From assembly GCA_012514315.1 (NCBI GenBank), contig JAAZAN010000156.1, positions 5,311 through 69,310 on the forward strand: DNA of 64,000 nucleotides, in the 5' to 3' direction. The notes below the pieces were generated by a model. It did not search any database. It was not told the DNA's origin and worked only from the letters and a program-made list of their open reading frames with translations. The stretch comes from Chloroflexota bacterium (lineage in GTDB: Bacteria > Chloroflexota > Anaerolineae > B4-G1). Position 1 is the stretch's first letter; each line of letters begins with the position of its first letter. Position numbers and translations under genes: made by a program. Shown here piece after piece: positions 29,455-38,861 of the stretch.

Positions 29455-30924
29455 TCAGATCTTCTCCGACGCACTGAGCACATTCACAATCTCCTCCATC
29501 TGCATCCCACGCGAACCCTTGACCAGGATCATGTCATCCTTTCTTACCATCTTCCTCAGGAGTTCTATGGCTTGTGCGTTGTCTTCGAGCATGTGCAACT
29601 CGATCCCTGCGCGTCCCCAGCGCAGCACGGTCTCGCCGATAATTCGCGCTCGGGGCCCCACTGTGATAATCACATCCGCTACTTCCAGAGCACGCATGCC
29701 GACCTTCTCGTGCGCCTCGCGCTCCTGGACACCCAATTCCAGCATATCGCCGAGGACGGCAATACGCCGTCCATCGAGATCCTCAAGCAAGTTCAGCGCA
29801 GCGAGCATTGACGCCGGACTCGCGTTGTATGTGTCGTCCAGGATGATCGAACCGCCTGGGCCCGGCACCGAGAACAGTCGGAGCTGAGGCGAAGGGCTGC
29901 GCAGTCCTTCGACGATCTCCTGCCAGTTCAGACCTTCGACCAGTCCCACGGCAGCAGCGCGAAGCGCCGTGTGCACGGAATGACGACCTAGCAGAGGTAT
30001 TCTGACGTGCAGAGTCTCTGTGGAGTCGCCCTTGTCACCGCGTCCAGCCGCCAGACGATAGTGTAGCTGAAACCGGATCCCCTGTAATCCCAACCCTTCG
30101 ATGTCATCGGCCCATAGATCGGCCTCCGGCGATAGCCCGTAGTAGAACACGCGTGCCCGGGTCACCCGCGCCATCCCGCGAACGCGTTCATCGTCGTAGT
30201 TGAGGATCGCCACTCCCTCGGGCGCTTCGGGCAACGCCTCCACCAGCTCGGACTTCGCCCGAACAATACCTTCCATTGTCTTGACGCGCTCGAGATGAAT
30301 GGGGCCAACCATCGTCACTACCCCCACTTGAGGCAGGGCAATCTGAGCGAGTTCAGCAATTTCTCCCACATCATACATGCCCATCTCGAGCACTACACAT
30401 TCATGTTGCTTGCTTAGGTGCAACAGAGTCAGTGGCAACCCAATCTCATTGTTGTAGTTGCCCTCAGATCTCAGTGTGCAGAACCGACGCGCCAGAACGG
30501 CAGCCGTCAACTCCTTGGTCGTCGTCTTGCCAAGACTACCCGTGATCCCGATCACACGGACGTTATGCCGACGCCGCCAGAAGGCTGCAATTTGCTGAAG
30601 AGCCTGCAGACTGCTCGGCACCTTGACCACCACGGGCAATGGCCAGCACTGTGGCAGCGTGATGAGATCCTCCGTCAGGTCCAGCGCGATCGGGACCTCC
30701 CCCACGTCTCGATCGACGATCGCGGCCACCGCCCCTCGTGAAAGCGCATCGAGCAGGTAATGATGACCATCCGTTCTCTCTCCGTGCAGAGCAACAAACA
30801 GCCCACCTGGCCGGACAAGCCGTGAGTCAACCACGGTGTTCGTGACTACCTGATCCAGGTTGCTCGGGCGCTGCCCGCACAGACCCTCCACTACACTGGC
30901 TAGATTCAGACCGCCATCGTTCAT
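29455..30924 (-). CDS. murF: UDP-MurNAc-tripeptide--D-Ala-D-Ala ligase MurF
   Basis: VVDSRLVRPGGLFVALHGERTDGHHY, the MurF-type P-loop GITGSLGKTTTKE, and AVLGDMLELG. Its start overlaps the ftsI stop (ATGA). Confidence 0.9.
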   Translation of the reverse strand: MNDGGLNLASVVEGLCGQRPSNLDQVVTNTVVDSRLVRPGGLFVALHGERTDGHHYLLDALSRGAVAAIVDRDVGEVPIALDLTEDLITLPQCWPLPVVVKVPSSLQALQQIAAFWRRRHNVRVIGITGSLGKTTTKELTAAVLARRFCTLRSEGNYNNEIGLPLTLLHLSKQHECVVLEMGMYDVGEIAELAQIALPQVGVVTMVGPIHLERVKTMEGIVRAKSELVEALPEAPEGVAILNYDDERVRGMARVTRARVFYYGLSPEADLWADDIEGLGLQGIRFQLHYRLAAGRGDKGDSTETLHVRIPLLGRHSVHTALRAAAVGLVEGLNWQEIVEGLRSPSPQLRLFSVPGPGGSIILDDTYNASPASMLAALNLLEDLDGRRIAVLGDMLELGVQEREAHEKVGMRALEVADVIITVGPRARIIGETVLRWGRAGIELHMLEDNAQAIELLRKMVRKDDMILVKGSRGMQMEEIVNVLSASEKI

Positions 30925-32735
30925 TGGTCAGCCTCCGTCAGTGACGGGGGAATATTCAGGACCACGCATAGACGTGTCGCCAGCCTCTGGAAGCTCCGTG
31001 CCGCCGTCTGAGAACCCCAAGGTGATGTCTTCGGATTGTCCAGTTTGACCAGGATCACCATGCGGGGATCGGGAACCGGCCCAAAACCTACAAAGGAGGC
31101 AATCGTCGCGTCTCTGTCATAGCCGCCTGGAACATAGACCTGAGCTGTACCCGTCTTGCCGGCGAATCGGTAGCCTGGCACTCTGGCCTGAGGCACACCA
31201 TCCTCTATCACTCTCACCATCATATTCGTCACGATCCGCGCTGTCTCTGAAGAGATCGGCTGTGCCTCCATTACGGACTGGGAGAGAGAGACCGTCCCGT
31301 CTGCCGCGATAACCTGTGACACCACCCGGGGTCGAAGCCTGACGCCATCGTTGGCAACCGTGGCAGCGGCCACAGCCATCTGGATCGGCGTCACCGCAAG
31401 ACCCTGACCAAACGAGTTGGTGCCAAGGTTGGAGTCATGGTAGTGCTCGAGATCTCCAGGCAACCAAAGTTGCCCGCCGACCTCACCCGCTACGTCGATC
31501 CCGGTTGGACGACCAATGCCAAAAGCCTGCACATAGCGATAGAACGTGTCGGGCGCCATCTGCGTGCTGAGCCAGGCCGAACCGACATTGAGCGACTTGA
31601 CCAGGAGATCGGTCACAGTCTGCTCACCATACGCCTCGCGCGTCGCGTTCTGAATGACTTGGCCGCCGACTTCAATCCAGCCCTGATCAGTGTATGTAGT
31701 ATCCGGCGTCGCGATGCCGGCATCAAGCGCTGCAGCGACGGTGAGAATCTTGAACACAGAACCGGGCTCATACTGTTGACTGACTGCCGGATCGGAGAAT
31801 GGAAGCGGGCTCTGACTGTAGTAGGCTGGATATCGTCCTGGATCGTAGTTGGGCGAGCTCGCCATGGCCAGCACCTCAAACGTGCGGGGATCCATGACGA
31901 TAATCGTGCCCGAATCCGCCTCGTATTCTGCTAACGAATAGGCGAGCTCCGCCTCAACGATTGCCTGAACGGTCAGATCCACACTCAGTACGAGGTCAGA
32001 CCCTCGGTGAGGCAGGGTAACCGGAACAGCGGCCCAGGGAACCTGTTCCCGGTAACTGTCCACCACCATCGTCTCTGTGACGATCTCTGGCCTAAGTTCT
32101 TCGTTGTAGAACCCTTCGACGCCGTAGAATCCACGCTCCAGATTGCAGAAGCCCAGTAGGTGGGATCCCAACGAACCCTGCGGGTAGTCACGCACCCAAC
32201 TGGATCGAACATCAACACCCCAGATGCCCAGGGCTACAGCCTGCTCCGCAAGCTCCCGCGACACTGATCTCTCAACGACCACCCACGCGGGATTTCGCTC
32301 GAGTATCTGCTCAACACGTGCTGCCGGCACGTGGAGCAGCTCAGAGAGACTCATCACCGCCGTACTCCTGATGGTACCGGTCAGTACGCTTGGCGACGCC
32401 TCTATAGAATAGGTGACGCCATTTCCTGCGAGCACAGTGCCGTTGCGGTCACGAATCACCCCCCTTGGAGGATCGGGTAACCGAATGACCTGTGTTCGGT
32501 TCTTCCTGCCTTGATCTGCGTATGTCTTGTGGTTCACGACCTGCACCTGAAAGAGCTGAACCACGATGACAAACAACAGACCGATCAGCAATGTGCCGAG
32601 GAAACGTAAACGTCTTCGAGGTGCGTCTGTCACGCTCCAATCCTCCGCAGATCCATCAGAACATCCCTTGTCACTTGCCCGAAAGGTCCAGGAAATCGAC
32701 CGCTTCGGCAGGGACATAACCCTTCTCGTGGACAC
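30921..32735 (-). CDS. ftsI: Penicillin-binding protein 2B/3 class transpeptidase (FtsI)
   Basis: TM anchor, PBP dimerisation domain, and transpeptidase motifs. It reads YEPGSVFK (SxxK-like), so SVFK is the likely active site. KTGTA is also present. The start is uncertain because it overlaps ftsL. Confidence 0.88.
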   Translation of the reverse strand: MSTRRVMSLPKRSISWTFRASDKGCSDGSAEDWSVTDAPRRRLRFLGTLLIGLLFVIVVQLFQVQVVNHKTYADQGRKNRTQVIRLPDPPRGVIRDRNGTVLAGNGVTYSIEASPSVLTGTIRSTAVMSLSELLHVPAARVEQILERNPAWVVVERSVSRELAEQAVALGIWGVDVRSSWVRDYPQGSLGSHLLGFCNLERGFYGVEGFYNEELRPEIVTETMVVDSYREQVPWAAVPVTLPHRGSDLVLSVDLTVQAIVEAELAYSLAEYEADSGTIIVMDPRTFEVLAMASSPNYDPGRYPAYYSQSPLPFSDPAVSQQYEPGSVFKILTVAAALDAGIATPDTTYTDQGWIEVGGQVIQNATREAYGEQTVTDLLVKSLNVGSAWLSTQMAPDTFYRYVQAFGIGRPTGIDVAGEVGGQLWLPGDLEHYHDSNLGTNSFGQGLAVTPIQMAVAAATVANDGVRLRPRVVSQVIAADGTVSLSQSVMEAQPISSETARIVTNMMVRVIEDGVPQARVPGYRFAGKTGTAQVYVPGGYDRDATIASFVGFGPVPDPRMVILVKLDNPKTSPWGSQTAARSFQRLATRLCVVLNIPPSLTEADQ

Positions 32736-32997
32736 GAGTCATTAGCCGAGGTATCGACACTTCACGGGCGATGTCCACCTCAATCTGAGCATTCTCCTGC
32801 TGCAGGCTAAATATCTCCCCCTGCAGATCCTGAATTTTTCGCCCCTGCGCAGCCGTCACACTGGTAAGGACCAGGTATATGACCAGCACTAAGACTACGC
32901 CAACGGCCAGTATGGTCAACTTCAACGACTTCCGCCCATCGTGCTCAGGATGGCCATGCCTGCTTCCGTGAGACGCCCAGGCTATGAAATCGGACAT
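32671..32997 (-). CDS. ftsL: Cell division protein FtsL-like (single TM + coiled coil)
   Basis: 108 aa. The TM LKLTILAVGVVLVLVIYLVL is followed by a heptad-like IQDLQGEIFSLQQENAQIEVDI. It lies between rsmH and ftsI. Confidence 0.75.
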   Translation of the reverse strand: MSDFIAWASHGSRHGHPEHDGRKSLKLTILAVGVVLVLVIYLVLTSVTAAQGRKIQDLQGEIFSLQQENAQIEVDIAREVSIPRLMTRVHEKGYVPAEAVDFLDLSGK

Positions 32998-32998
32998 A

Positions 32999-34024
32999 CT
33001 AACCCGCCTCTCGCAACGTTGCGTCGCTCCAACCTACACGCTCAGCCACCCGCATCCTGGCAGAGCGTGCACGTGGATTCGCTTCCACCTCGCGCTCAGA
33101 TGGGCGGATCGGCCTGGACGTCACTGTGCGCAGCGTCGCCCGGTGATCACACACGCACATGGGCGCCTCGATGGGACAGATGCAGTCCGTGCTCTCTCTG
33201 CGGACAAACCGCTTCACGATCCGATCCTCAAGCGAGTGGAAACTGATCACAACCAAACGGCCCGCGGGCGCCAGTACCTGCACTGCCTGAGGCAATGCGG
33301 ACTCGAGCGCGTCCAGCTCAGCGTTGACGGCTATTCGCAGTGCCTGAAACGTGCGCGTCGCTGGATGGATATGTCCACGTCTCCTCACTGCACCCTCGAT
33401 CGTCGAGACCAAGTCCCCAGTCGTACGATAGGGGCGCGCCGCCACGATCGCCTTCGCAATACGCCAGGCTTGCCTCTCCTCACCGTATCGCTGCAGAATG
33501 TCGGTCAGTTCTTCCACCGGGAGACTGTTGACCATCTCAGCTGCGGTAGGCCCCTCCTCACTCCGGTCGAACCGCATATCCAGCGGCCCATCCAAAGTGA
33601 AGGCGAACCCTCGTGATGCATCGGCCAACTGCAGAGATGACAGGCCAAGGTCAAACAGGATCCCATCGGCAGGCCCAAACCGGTATCTGGATACTGTGTC
33701 GGCCAAGCTGGAGAACGAGCTATGGATGACGGTTACCCGATCTCCAAACGAAGCTAATCTGGTGCGCGCCGTCTCAACAGCGCGTGCATCGCGATCCAGC
33801 GCCAACACTCGGCCATCCGGAGAACCCGCTGCGAGAATACCGGCCGAGTGTCCGCCGGCGCCCACTGTTGCATCGATGTACGCCCCACCCGGTCTGACCT
33901 CCAGCGCCTCCAGAACCTCCTGATACAGGACTGGCACATGCTCTGGCATGCCATCGTGTGTGCTGGACGGTGCACCTTCGCGGGGTTGACCATCCACTGG
34001 GTCTAGATCCCGAGCACTGCCCAT
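32999..34024 (-). CDS. rsmH: 16S rRNA (cytosine1402-N4)-methyltransferase
   Basis: HVPVLYQEVLEAL, DATVGAGGHS and FDLGLSSLQLAD. The start may be the internal Met at 33949. Confidence 0.92.
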   Translation of the reverse strand: MGSARDLDPVDGQPREGAPSSTHDGMPEHVPVLYQEVLEALEVRPGGAYIDATVGAGGHSAGILAAGSPDGRVLALDRDARAVETARTRLASFGDRVTVIHSSFSSLADTVSRYRFGPADGILFDLGLSSLQLADASRGFAFTLDGPLDMRFDRSEEGPTAAEMVNSLPVEELTDILQRYGEERQAWRIAKAIVAARPYRTTGDLVSTIEGAVRRRGHIHPATRTFQALRIAVNAELDALESALPQAVQVLAPAGRLVVISFHSLEDRIVKRFVRRESTDCICPIEAPMCVCDHRATLRTVTSRPIRPSEREVEANPRARSARMRVAERVGWSDATLREAG

Positions 34025-34431
34025 CGCTCCCCATCCGAATCGTCATTCTCGACACGTTCACACTCACGGCTCCAGACCTCAGGGCTCCAGACCTCGATGT
34101 AGTTGTTCAGCCCTGTCACAATGACTTCGCCTGAGAGCCCCACTTGCTCTCTCAGGCTCGGGGGAATCACCACGCGACCCTGTCTGTCTGGCATCGCGTC
34201 AGAGGCATTGGCAAACACCAATCGGCGAAACGCACGGGCGTAGCGATCAGTCATCGGCAAGGAGGCGACCTTGCCGGCAAGTCGCTCCCATTCGGCCATG
34301 GGATAGATCGCGAGACAGCGGTCGATACCCCGCGTGACCACCAGTCCGGCCGCCAACTCGGGCCGAAACCTGGCGGGAATCGTCAACCGCCCCTTCTCAT
34401 CGATGGTGTGAGCAAACTGCCCCAGGAACAT
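34003..34431 (-). CDS. mraZ: Transcriptional regulator MraZ
   Basis: MFLGQFAHTIDEKGRLTIPARFR, with a second SpoVT/AbrB-like half MPDRQGRVVIPPSLRE. Confidence 0.95.
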   Translation of the reverse strand: MFLGQFAHTIDEKGRLTIPARFRPELAAGLVVTRGIDRCLAIYPMAEWERLAGKVASLPMTDRYARAFRRLVFANASDAMPDRQGRVVIPPSLREQVGLSGEVIVTGLNNYIEVWSPEVWSRECERVENDDSDGERWAVLGI

Positions 34432-34481
34432 GGCGCCGCACTCTTGTGACTGGGTATGCCAGATTCGTCGAAGGGCAGTTA

Positions 34482-34538
34482 TTCCACTTCACCCCACTTT
34501 GCCCCACAACGTGCCATATTATACAATAGTTTCCCCAC
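34482..34538 (-). promoter_or_regulatory. dcw promoter (-10 TATAAT) with an MraZ-type GTGGGG direct-repeat operator
   Basis: The minus strand reads GTGGGGAAACTATTGTATAATATGGCACGTTGTGGGGCAAAGTGGGGTGAAGTGGAA. The -10 is at 34518-34523. Three GTGG(G)G repeats sit at 10-bp phasing (34502-07, 34492-97, 34482-87), and a fourth is at 34533-38. Confidence 0.55.
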
Positions 34539-34722
34539 TTCCGCCAGATCGCGGGGTAAACTTTAAGATTGCGAACAAGCAACGGCGAGCGCAGTGTGAA
34601 CACATGCGCTCGCCGCAGGATACACGGTGGGGTATCGCGCCCCACGTTGGACAGACTTCGGCTATCGAATCGTCAGATCATTGAGCCTTGGCCTCGCGAT
34701 ATCGAATACATTGGCGAATCGA

Positions 34723-34935
34723 CTACGCAGCACCGAGACCGGTTATCTGCTTGAGCACCGTCAGGACGCTCAGCCCGATCGTCAGCGCTTTGCCCGGGCT
34801 GGGCGAGGGCAGACGCTCGACCCCCTCCCGATCAACTTCCGTTGGAGTGGACCGCAGGTATAGGTAAGCCGCGGCCACCCCGATCATCGCACCCACCACA
34901 CCGCCTATCATCAGAACTCGCGTTCTCAGATTCAC
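34723..34935 (-). CDS. Small membrane protein (about 70 aa), hypothetical
   Basis: GTG 34935 overlaps the upstream stop as GTGA and is preceded by GAGGAGGAG. The product is VNLRTRVLMIGGVVGAMIGVAAAYLYL...LTIGLSVLTVLKQITG. Confidence 0.5.
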   Translation of the reverse strand: MNLRTRVLMIGGVVGAMIGVAAAYLYLRSTPTEVDREGVERLPSPSPGKALTIGLSVLTVLKQITGLGAA

Positions 34936-35219
34936 CTGCTCCTCCTCTCGGCAATACCCGTCAACCAACCGCGCACTGTTGCCAACGTCGAGTTGACCAC
35001 CACGATCGGCCGGATTATCAGAGCCATCAGGAGCTCCACGTATCCCCTTGCCAGATCCAAATACGCGTGGAGCAGCTTGAGCCAACTCGGTAAGTTCTCG
35101 CGCCTCAGCAACCAATATACTGCGTAGACCACCCCCCCCACAAGCGCCAGCGGTACCAGGGCAAGAATCAGCGTCTCTACAGCCAGCAGAATGACGGCCA
35201 CGTCACGCAAGACATCCAT
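34932..35219 (-). CDS. Small membrane protein (about 95 aa), hypothetical
   Basis: ATG 35219 is preceded by GGGAGG. The product is MDVLRDVAVILLAVETLILALVPLALVGGVVYAVYWLL..., with two or three hydrophobic helices. Confidence 0.5.
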   Translation of the reverse strand: MDVLRDVAVILLAVETLILALVPLALVGGVVYAVYWLLRRENLPSWLKLLHAYLDLARGYVELLMALIIRPIVVVNSTLATVRGWLTGIAERRSR

Positions 35220-35309
35220 CGCATCGTCCTCCCAGGGCGGTGCGCGATGGATTACACTCATCGCACACTCAAGCAAGACATCAGCACACCCAGTATATCC
35301 GCATCCCGT

Positions 35310-38300
35310 CTAGCCGTCAATCGCCCGTTGCGCGATCGCTCGGAGTGTCTTCGTCAGACGCTCACGCCAGCTAGGCGTCACAGGCATCCTGATGCACTGT
35401 CGACCGATACTATCTTCTTCGGCCAGGATCTGTTGAAGCACAGCAGGATCAGGCAAGCCATGCTGAGCGGCACGAAGAACGATACTCCCGTCTTCAACCG
35501 CTATCGATTCAATGCCCGCCTCACGCGCCAGCACCTTGAGGCGCAGCTGATACATCAGATTGCGGGCGCCGGCGGGCAAAGGGCCGAATCGATCCCCCAA
35601 CTCCTGTTCCATCTCGTTGATCTCGAGCACGGACGTGAGTTCCGCCAGTCGCCGGTATATCTGCAGGCGCAGCCGCACTTCAGGAACATAATCGTCTGGC
35701 AACTGAACCGGCATCGGTAGTTCAATTCGGATGCTGTTGAGCGGCTCAGGCGGCAGCGGCTTTCCCTCCTGCTGCGCCTTGAGTTCCTCAACGACGCGGA
35801 TCAGCAGGCGGGTGTAGAGGTCAAAACCCACCGCGGCGACGTGGCCTGACTGTCGCGCCCCCAACAGATCCCCTGCCCCGCGCATCTCAAGGTCGCGCAT
35901 GGCAATCGTGTACCCAGCGCCTAGACCCGTTGCCTCGCGGATCGTCTCGAGCCGCAGACGAGATTCCTCCGTGAGTCGAGAGGTCCGGTCGTGGAAGAAG
36001 TATGCATACGCCCGCTGTGCCCCCCGGCCTACACGTCCCCTGAGCTGGTAGAGCTGGGCCAACCCGAAACGATCTGCGCGCTCGACAATCAACGTGTTCG
36101 CATTGGGAATGTCCAGACCACTCTCAATGATACTGGTACACACCAACACGTCGACTTCACCTGACACAAAGCGCACCATCACGCGTTCCAGCTCTGACTC
36201 CTTCATCTGCCCATGGGCGACCGCGAAGGTTGCCTCGGGTACAAGCTGTTGCAGACGCCGCTGTGCGGTACTGATCGTCTGCACGCGATTGTGGACGTAG
36301 AACACCTGACCATTGCGGTCACGCTCACGGAGAATGGCCCGCCTGACCAGGTCACCGTCATACTCACCGATGTACGTATTGATCGGCAGACGCTCCTCGG
36401 GTGGTGTCTCAATGATACTGATGTCCCGAACGCCCGTCAGCGCCATATACAGAGTGCGCGGGATAGGCGTCGCAGTCATTGTGAGCACGTCCACCTCCGT
36501 ACGCATCTGCTTCAGCCGCTCCTTGTGCGTCACTCCGAAACGCTGTTCCTCATCTATAATCAGAAGACCCAGATCCCCAAAGGCGACATCTTTCTGGAGA
36601 AGCCGATGGGTACCCACGATGATATCGACCTGACCATCTAGCAGGCGCGTCAGAATCTTGCTCTGCTCCGCTGGCGACCGGAAGCGCGACAGCACATCGA
36701 TTTCCACAGGGAACGGAGCGAGACGCTGCCGGAAGTTGGTGTAATGCTGCTGAGCCAGGACGGTGGTTGGCACCAACACGGCCACCTGCTTGCCCGCCAT
36801 GACCGCCTTGAACGCTGCGCGCAGCGCCACCTCGGTCTTGCCATAGCCCACGTCGCCACAGATGAGGCGATCCATCGGCTTCGATGCCTCCATATCCGTC
36901 TTGACATCTGCGATAGCGTGCAACTGATCCTCGGTCTCAAAATACGGGAATGCAGCCTCCAGCTCAGTCTGCCAAGGCGTGTCCGGGTCGAATGCGTATC
37001 CCTGGGCAAGCTCGCGTGCTGCGTAGAGCTCAAGCAGCTCTCGCGCGATCTCCTCGGCCGCCTTCTTGGCACGCTCCTTGACCTGGCGCCACTCAGCCGC
37101 ACCGAGTCTGTTCAGAACGGGGGGGCGATCATCGGCGCCGATGTATCGGCTCAGGCGATCGGCCTGATGGATCGGCACGTACAAACGGTCGCGCCCCGAG
37201 TACTCAACCAGGAGATACTCGCGCTCGTTACCATCCACTGCCCGCGAGACGAGACCACGGAATACACCGATGCCGTACTCCACGTGCACGACGTAGTCGC
37301 CGGGCGAGAGGTCGGCGAAGTGAGCCTCTGGCGCTGCCTTACGCCGATGCATCGGCCGGCGAGGCTCGGGGCGCCGCCAGCCGAATACTTCAGCATCGGT
37401 GATCAGGTCAAAGGGCGCAGCTTGCTCTCCGGTGTCGGCTTGCCGCAAAACCCAACCCTCGGCCATGGCGCCGTGTACGAACGTGAGCGGAGCTGAGGGC
37501 AGCACATCCAGATTCTCCAGCGGAAGCGCGTAGGTCAGGGACGAAGCACCCACATCATCCAGCGCATCATTCCACAACTCGGCCAGACGACGCGCTTGCT
37601 GGCTGATGACGACAGACCGCCCTCCCCGATCCCGCAGAGCTCGAATGTGGTCGAGGAACGGCTTGACCTGTCCACCAAACCGGGGTCCTGGACGGAAGAT
37701 CCTGGACAATGCGGTCTCGTTGCCATCCTCTCCATGTCCCAGAACTAGCGTGAATCGATCAGTAGACTGCTCTACCCACTCGTCCCACGTCAGGAACGGA
37801 AGTGGGTAGTCCGCAGGCAACACATCCGCGTCCTCAGCGGCAGCTCTCACCTTCAGGGCTTCCGCCTCCAGGTCCGACCAAACCTCACCCAGCTCCTGAG
37901 GGTCGTCGACGACAATCAGTGCATCCGCAGGCATGTAGTCGAGCAAAGATGCCGACTCTGAGTAAAAATGGGGAAGGTAGAACTCTATCCCTGGGAACGG
38001 TGTGGCAGAACTCAAGCCTTGATGATGCGTCTCGAGCTCGACACGGGCGTCAAGGGGTAGATTCTTGGCTAACAGAGCCGCAACACGTTCTGCAACGCGC
38101 GGGCCATGTCTCGGAAGCGCCTCGCGAGCTGGCGTGATAGTCACCGACTCCACTCGCTCACCGGATCGCTGCGTGGCAGGATCGAATCGACGGATCGATT
38201 CGATCTCGCTCCCAAAGAGCTCAATGCGCACGGGGACCTTGTCCGCCGGGGGGTAGATGTCAAGTATGCCACCTCTGTGGCTGAATTGCCCAGGCAGTTC

Positions 38301-38861
38301 GACCACGCTGGTGGGTTCATAGCCCAATCCGGACCACCGATACAGCGCCTGCTCCAGATCCAGCACCTGGCCGACATGCATCTCGCGCACAGACATACGG
38401 AACTGTCGCAAGGGGATCGTCCGCTGCATGAGCGCCCGTACCGAAGCTACGACAAACCGGCGACGCGTGCGGACACCGTCCCCCGTTGACTCGGGAGAAA
38501 CGGTAGCATCAGCGTAGAGATCAAGCAGCACCCGCAGGCGGCCGATGATCGCATCCTCTGTCCAGGCAGCACGCTCGTAGAACAGTGCCGACGGCTCCGG
38601 GAAACTGGTGACACTGCTGGAGTCGGTTGCCCAATCCCGCAGTGCACCGGTCAGCGATCTGGCGCGATCCACCGATCCTGCAACGACCAGCAATGGCCGG
38701 TTTAGGTCGCGATCAAGCGCAGCCAGTAACGCGGGCCGTGCCGCCCGGAGCAAACCCAGAGGAGAGGGTGCTATCCCGGCGTTCAGGTCATCCCGCAACG
38801 CCCGATAAGCGGGCAGCGACTCAAATAGATTCAGAAGCCCGGATATGTTCACCTTCGCCAC
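35310..38861 (-). CDS. mfd: Transcription-repair coupling factor Mfd
   Basis: 1183 aa with a UvrB-homology N-terminus and a CarD/RID-like region (DYVVHVEYGIGVF). The superfamily 2 helicase motifs are GDVGYGKTEVA, LIIDEEQRFG and QLRGRVGRG. A TRCF C-terminal domain follows. Confidence 0.95.
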   Translation of the reverse strand: MAKVNISGLLNLFESLPAYRALRDDLNAGIAPSPLGLLRAARPALLAALDRDLNRPLLVVAGSVDRARSLTGALRDWATDSSSVTSFPEPSALFYERAAWTEDAIIGRLRVLLDLYADATVSPESTGDGVRTRRRFVVASVRALMQRTIPLRQFRMSVREMHVGQVLDLEQALYRWSGLGYEPTSVVELPGQFSHRGGILDIYPPADKVPVRIELFGSEIESIRRFDPATQRSGERVESVTITPAREALPRHGPRVAERVAALLAKNLPLDARVELETHHQGLSSATPFPGIEFYLPHFYSESASLLDYMPADALIVVDDPQELGEVWSDLEAEALKVRAAAEDADVLPADYPLPFLTWDEWVEQSTDRFTLVLGHGEDGNETALSRIFRPGPRFGGQVKPFLDHIRALRDRGGRSVVISQQARRLAELWNDALDDVGASSLTYALPLENLDVLPSAPLTFVHGAMAEGWVLRQADTGEQAAPFDLITDAEVFGWRRPEPRRPMHRRKAAPEAHFADLSPGDYVVHVEYGIGVFRGLVSRAVDGNEREYLLVEYSGRDRLYVPIHQADRLSRYIGADDRPPVLNRLGAAEWRQVKERAKKAAEEIARELLELYAARELAQGYAFDPDTPWQTELEAAFPYFETEDQLHAIADVKTDMEASKPMDRLICGDVGYGKTEVALRAAFKAVMAGKQVAVLVPTTVLAQQHYTNFRQRLAPFPVEIDVLSRFRSPAEQSKILTRLLDGQVDIIVGTHRLLQKDVAFGDLGLLIIDEEQRFGVTHKERLKQMRTEVDVLTMTATPIPRTLYMALTGVRDISIIETPPEERLPINTYIGEYDGDLVRRAILRERDRNGQVFYVHNRVQTISTAQRRLQQLVPEATFAVAHGQMKESELERVMVRFVSGEVDVLVCTSIIESGLDIPNANTLIVERADRFGLAQLYQLRGRVGRGAQRAYAYFFHDRTSRLTEESRLRLETIREATGLGAGYTIAMRDLEMRGAGDLLGARQSGHVAAVGFDLYTRLLIRVVEELKAQQEGKPLPPEPLNSIRIELPMPVQLPDDYVPEVRLRLQIYRRLAELTSVLEINEMEQELGDRFGPLPAGARNLMYQLRLKVLAREAGIESIAVEDGSIVLRAAQHGLPDPAVLQQILAEEDSIGRQCIRMPVTPSWRERLTKTLRAIAQRAIDG

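Noticed and set aside
34723-35276. Two long overlapping ORFs (130 aa and 114 aa) shown as such on the ORF track.
   Set aside because: The N-terminal parts are non-protein-like. RBS-supported internal starts give two short adjacent genes joined by a GTGA overlap.
38821-38861. The 41-nt pth/mfd overlap, as a possible frameshift or fusion.
   Set aside because: Both reading frames show family-typical sequence up to their ends, and an alternative GTG start for mfd at 38852 exists. This is an ordinary overlap in GC-rich DNA.
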